Assembly: GCA_020536535.1 (NCBI GenBank) | Contig: JAHLWZ010000607.1 | Coordinates: 1-40,991, forward strand | Direction: 5' to 3' | DNA length: 40,991 nucleotides | Origin: Pelomyxa schiedti | Lineage: Eukaryota > Protista > Evosea | In this document: positions 37,001 to 40,991 of the stretch, one piece after another | How the letters are laid out: every line of letters starts with the position of its first letter | Position numbering within the stretch: position 1 is the first letter of the stretch | Made by a program: the position numbers and the translations under genes | The notes under the pieces: model-generated | What the model saw: the letters and a program-made list of their open reading frames with translations, nothing else | What the model was told of the DNA's origin: nothing | Database searches by the model: none

Positions 37001-39819
37001 CCAGTTAATCCTGTTAATTTCGTTCATCTTGGAACAATTGAAAACCTGAGCAACAAGAAGATAGAAACGTTCCAGTTCTCACTGAACCCTCTGGATGACG
37101 GAAGGAAAGCACAAGAACTGAAAAGACATCTTGAGAAACTCCCATTTGGGCCACGGTGTCCGTCAGCTGAGGTGTTGTATGGTGCAACCAAATTTTTCTG
37201 CCAGAGAGTTGAATACATTTGGACCTTCTTTGAACCAAAATGCCAGCCAGAAACAGCAGCAATCACGGGCTACCAGAGAATGGTCTTTGAAACAACAGGG
37301 TGAGCCGTGTTCCTTCCATTTCGTCATTCACTGATACTCACATCTGACTGGTCTCAAAGGGAATACCCAAGAGATGCCCGCATTGTGATTGACAACAACA
37401 GGACATTCCTTGCTTTCCCACTTCCGTTCTCAAAAGACCTGGGAATTGCACTGTCATTGCGCTTTCCTGCCAGCATTGGAGCACTTGAACTCTGCCCACA
37501 GGTTCAAATCTTCATCTCACTCATTGGTTTCTTGATCTCACTTGGAGAATCAACCCAAAAAAAAAAAAACTTTCAGGTTCATGTGACTGCACCGTCGGTA
37601 AGTCATCTGTTCCGATTTCTGCTCCAGGCCCAGCAACCAATCATCGATGTTTCATCTTCCTCCTGTTCACCCACAGATGGCAGCAGTGGGGAGTTTGTTG
37701 TGACAGTGATCAGCACTGACAATTTGTGCATCTGTGCCAGCAAGCAAACGGAAATCACAGTGACACTTTTACCACCTCCTGTTGAAGTTCAATCCAGACC
37801 AACTCCTGGTCAACGTGAAACTGCTTGCACTCTTTCCAAGCCGTCACTTAAAAGGGTGCTTTTCACCAATGACGATCGGTTTGAAAACTTGAAGCGATAC
37901 ACAACTCCAAGTCTGGAAGTCTCAGTTCTCTCCAAACCTTGGGACTCATTCACGTGGAGAAAGACATTCAACAAATACGCACAGAGGTGCATTGACAACA
38001 ACACACCTGTGTGGAGGGATGAATTAATTGTTCACCTGCAAATATTGAGTGCTGGTTTCACCTTGCATGCTTTGAACCCAAGCTCACCTGGTGTCTATTT
38101 CCTCATCAACGAAAAGGGTGATGACACTTGTAACGGGTCCCCAGCAGCCTTTATGGCAGAGATTACATGCTCCAAGGAAGAAGAGAGAATCGACAGTGGC
38201 CAAGGGCTATTGTGTGGGGTGTTCCACCCTCCAACCAAAGCACTGAGCAAGGCACACAACAAACTGGCACCGTCGCCGCAGCACCCCGCACTGAACAGTG
38301 CAACGGAGGTGTTCATCGTGAACATGGACTGCCTCCATGTCGCACAGCAGCTCATGCAACAGTTTCCTGGTGAACTCACAGGTTTCTTTCTTCTTCCCTT
38401 TCCCTTTCCCCCTTGTGATCTTCTTTCTCACACCCTTCTTTATCTCTCTGTGTGTGATTGATAATTGATTTCTTCATTCACACATAAAACAAACCACTTT
38501 GCCAAAAACAAAACAACACAACAGCTGTTCTGAACATGGCAAACTCCACGACACCCGGGGGTGGATTTGAGAATGGGAAAAGTGCACAAGAGGAAGACTT
38601 GTGCATGCGGACATCACTGTTCCCAGCACTGAAGCAGATTGGTTACCCACTGCCGCTATGCGGCGCCATATTCACTCGTGACGTCACGGTCTTCAGAAAT
38701 GGCTCCTCGAGTGGGTTCCAGTTCCTCACGGATACTTGGACTGTGAATGTCATCTCAGCGGCTGCGCTTCACAACGTTGACAACAAGTTCACCGTGAGGG
38801 ATCCAAGGACTGGGGAGGTGTTCCTGTCACCGACTGCGGCAATGATCACGAGATACAAGATTGAACAACTATTGAACACTGCAGCCATGTACAATATGAA
38901 GCAGCTCGTCCTTGGAGTAGGGTCTATGGTTGATGACGCTGATGTTGCAGGCCACGTTGCCGCCATCTTCAAGGAGGTTCTGCAGCAATACGCCGGCTGC
39001 TTCTCAAGGGTGTACTTTACGACTCTCCCGAACCCTTACTCACCAAGTGACAGCCCCAAGTTGTTCAGAGCCTTTTCCACACACTTTGGCCCCACAGGCT
39101 CAACCCCAACTCCAACAAGAGGAGCCACAGAATCCCACCCGCCAAGAACCTCCAGCATCAAACAAGCCGTCGGGCCGTGCGTCATGCCGGCTTCCTTCAA
39201 GACCGGCCGCATACCCCTCAGCCACACAGTGGCCAACATACGCACGCCGGGGGTCATCTGCCCCAACGGCGGGACCTGCACCGACGCCGCGACCGGGCAC
39301 TTCGGCGCGATGATACACCCCCCGCCGTGCCCCTGCCGCCTGACCTGCGCGTGCACGTCGCCGGTGCACCGCGCGATGTGGCGGCACCGCGTCAAGTGCC
39401 AGCAGGAGGGGCGGTGCCTCAGCTACTTCTCGGCGGAGCGCGACCTGCACTGCTCGCTGTTCTGGCACCCGCCGCCGCGGTGGTCCCGCACCTGCCGCGA
39501 CGGCGCCACGTGCCCGCGGAGGGTGGAGGCGAAGCACTGCCTCGAGTACTACCACGCTCCGCCGCCCTGCCCGACCGGCGCCTCTCAGCCAGCACTACTG
39601 CTGCAGCAGCAGCGGGGACAGCACGTGACGGGCCTGCCGCCTCCCTGCTACATTGCAATTCCACCTCCGCAGCTCCAGCCGGCATCTCCCCTGCCACCTC
39701 AGAGGTCATCGCCTTCACCGTCACCATCCCCGTCCCTGACAGAATCCCCAGCCCAGTCACCCCTTCTTTTCTGGCAACCACGGAATCGGAGTAGTAACAG
39801 GACCACCTTTGGAAGTTGA
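34042..39819 (+). CDS. Large multidomain protein: GBP/atlastin-like GTPase + helical/unknown region + bacterial-type PARG (DUF2263/TIGR02452) + 4 PBZ-like zinc fingers
   Basis: G1 VSVLGPTRTGKSTLLN (core 34443-34466), G2 FVTSD...CTSGIWFF, G3 LLVDVEGL, and CPSLFAYIAQNF. The frame is kept across all traced GT-AG introns up to VFIVNMDCLHVAQQL...AVLNMANSTTPGGGFENGKSAQEEDLCMRTSL (motif 38557-38595), ...VISAAA...LVLG...VA.IFKEVL...F.RVYF, then four C-x5-C-x6-10-H-x5-H units. Confidence 0.8.
39259..39555 (+). other. Array of four PBZ-like (C2H2, CCHH) zinc fingers
   Basis: CPNGGTCTDAATGHFGAMIH; CPCRLTCACTSPVHRAMWRH; CQQEGRCLSYFSAERDLHCSLFWH; CRDGATCPRRVEAKHCLEYYH. The first two match the PBZ spacing C-x5-C-x6-H-x5-H exactly. 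Confidence 0.72.
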
Positions 39820-40057
39820 TTTCAAGCTTAAACCCCACTGAAACAAAAGTTACAGAAGCAATTTGTACATAAAGATTTGGCATCTCTCAAATATTACTTT
39901 GGTTTTTAAAAAAAACACCACATCACGTTAAGTTTAGAGGTCTCCAGTGGCCAGGGATTGCAAGTATTGTGAGTAGCTGTTCTTGACCTCAGTTAAAATC
40001 ACCGACATCATCGATGCAGCGTCGGACTTGCTGCACTTCTTCACAAACGACTTTGGG

Positions 40058-40157
40058 NNNNNNNNNNNNNNNNNNNNNNNNNNNNNNNNNNNNNNNNNNN
40101 NNNNNNNNNNNNNNNNNNNNNNNNNNNNNNNNNNNNNNNNNNNNNNNNNNNNNNNNN
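40058..40157. other. Assembly gap (100 N)
   Basis: 100 N counted. Confidence 0.97.
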
Positions 40158-40991
40158 CCTACAACACTGTTTTGAGGAACGTTTACGAGTTCTTGCCAAC
40201 CAAGCCCGCCCCAAGTCCTCTACTGGGACAAACCAAAGAACTTGTAGATTCCCTGGAAAGAGATTGCAACATACTGTTTAGTTCGGACAGAACAGAAATC
40301 ATGCAGAACTCCCTTGCAGTCTTTCAGCAATATTTATGCAGCAATGGAGCGCCTTCGTAAACAGCTAAACTCTAATTACCGTGTTTAACGAGATTGCAAA
40401 AAAAAACAGATGCGAGAATAGTATTCTACTTGAAGTCAACCGTGACTTGCTCACAAACCACTATGACCATGCCTTTGACCTGGTAATCTATTGCTTTTCC
40501 GTCCTTGATTCTAAAACAAAATGCAGACACTCTCCCAACAAGACCTGGAACTTGTAGTCTGGCTGTGCAGCACAATAGACATCACCAATGGAGAAGCCAT
40601 GGTGTCCGAGCGCGCCGCTGTGCTGAAAAGCATGACGCAGCCCGTTCTACTGTCACTTCTACAGCAACTGGCATTTGACCTATCATCCCACACTCTTCTG
40701 AAGGTGCCACTTATTCGACCACCCCTATCTACATACACATAATATATATAGAATGGCACAACCACAATCAAACATAAACAACAAACACACTCATCAACCA
40801 ACAGATGTCATGGCTGATGCAAGTGATTGAGAGTATGAACCCGCAAGAGCCGTGCACAATGCAATACGCCCCGGACATACTTGACAAGCTGGCCGTGTCC
40901 CTCGCAGACACACGCCATCCCGTGGCAAAAAGCCTTCTCGTGGCCATACAGAGCCTCATGTCTGCACTCAGACCAGTTGCTCTAACACCAA
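40158..40991 (+). CDS. EDC4: Second, slightly diverged partial copy of the EDC4 3' region (allele or paralog of 1845-2684)
   Basis: Colinear with 1845-2684; six exonic substitutions, all synonymous, plus intronic SNPs and indels; splice sites intact. Confidence 0.85.

Noticed and set aside
39983-40057. ORF apparently fusing new sequence to the EDC4 fragment across the gap
   Set aside because: The join is made through N bases only; there is no evidence of real continuity.

Overview
Eukaryotic, gene-dense and intron-rich window (short GT-AG introns, mostly about 40-60 nt; standard code, with TAA, TAG and TGA all used as stops). The gene content and style suggest a protist, possibly an anaerobic amoebozoan such as Pelomyxa, but that is a guess. 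Manual splicing gives about 11 multi-exon genes: EDC4/VARICOSE-like decapping scaffold, a bacterial DUF6141-like membrane protein, a C9orf72 homolog, a WW-WW-RPEL-WW adaptor, a secreted bacterial-type GH31 glycosidase with an internal trefoil domain, a MARK/PAR-1-like kinase, an LRR protein, a TRIM-like RING/B-box/coiled-coil/FN3 ligase, RRP12, a bacterial-type class I aminotransferase, and a large GBP-like GTPase fused to a bacterial-type PARG (DUF2263/TIGR02452) plus four PBZ-like zinc fingers. That last fusion is the most striking item. The window also has two 100-N gaps, a second slightly diverged copy of the EDC4 3' end (probably an assembly bubble), and a 30-bp hairpin tandem repeat. All family calls come from motif recall, not database searches; exon boundaries are manual and some gene ends are approximate.
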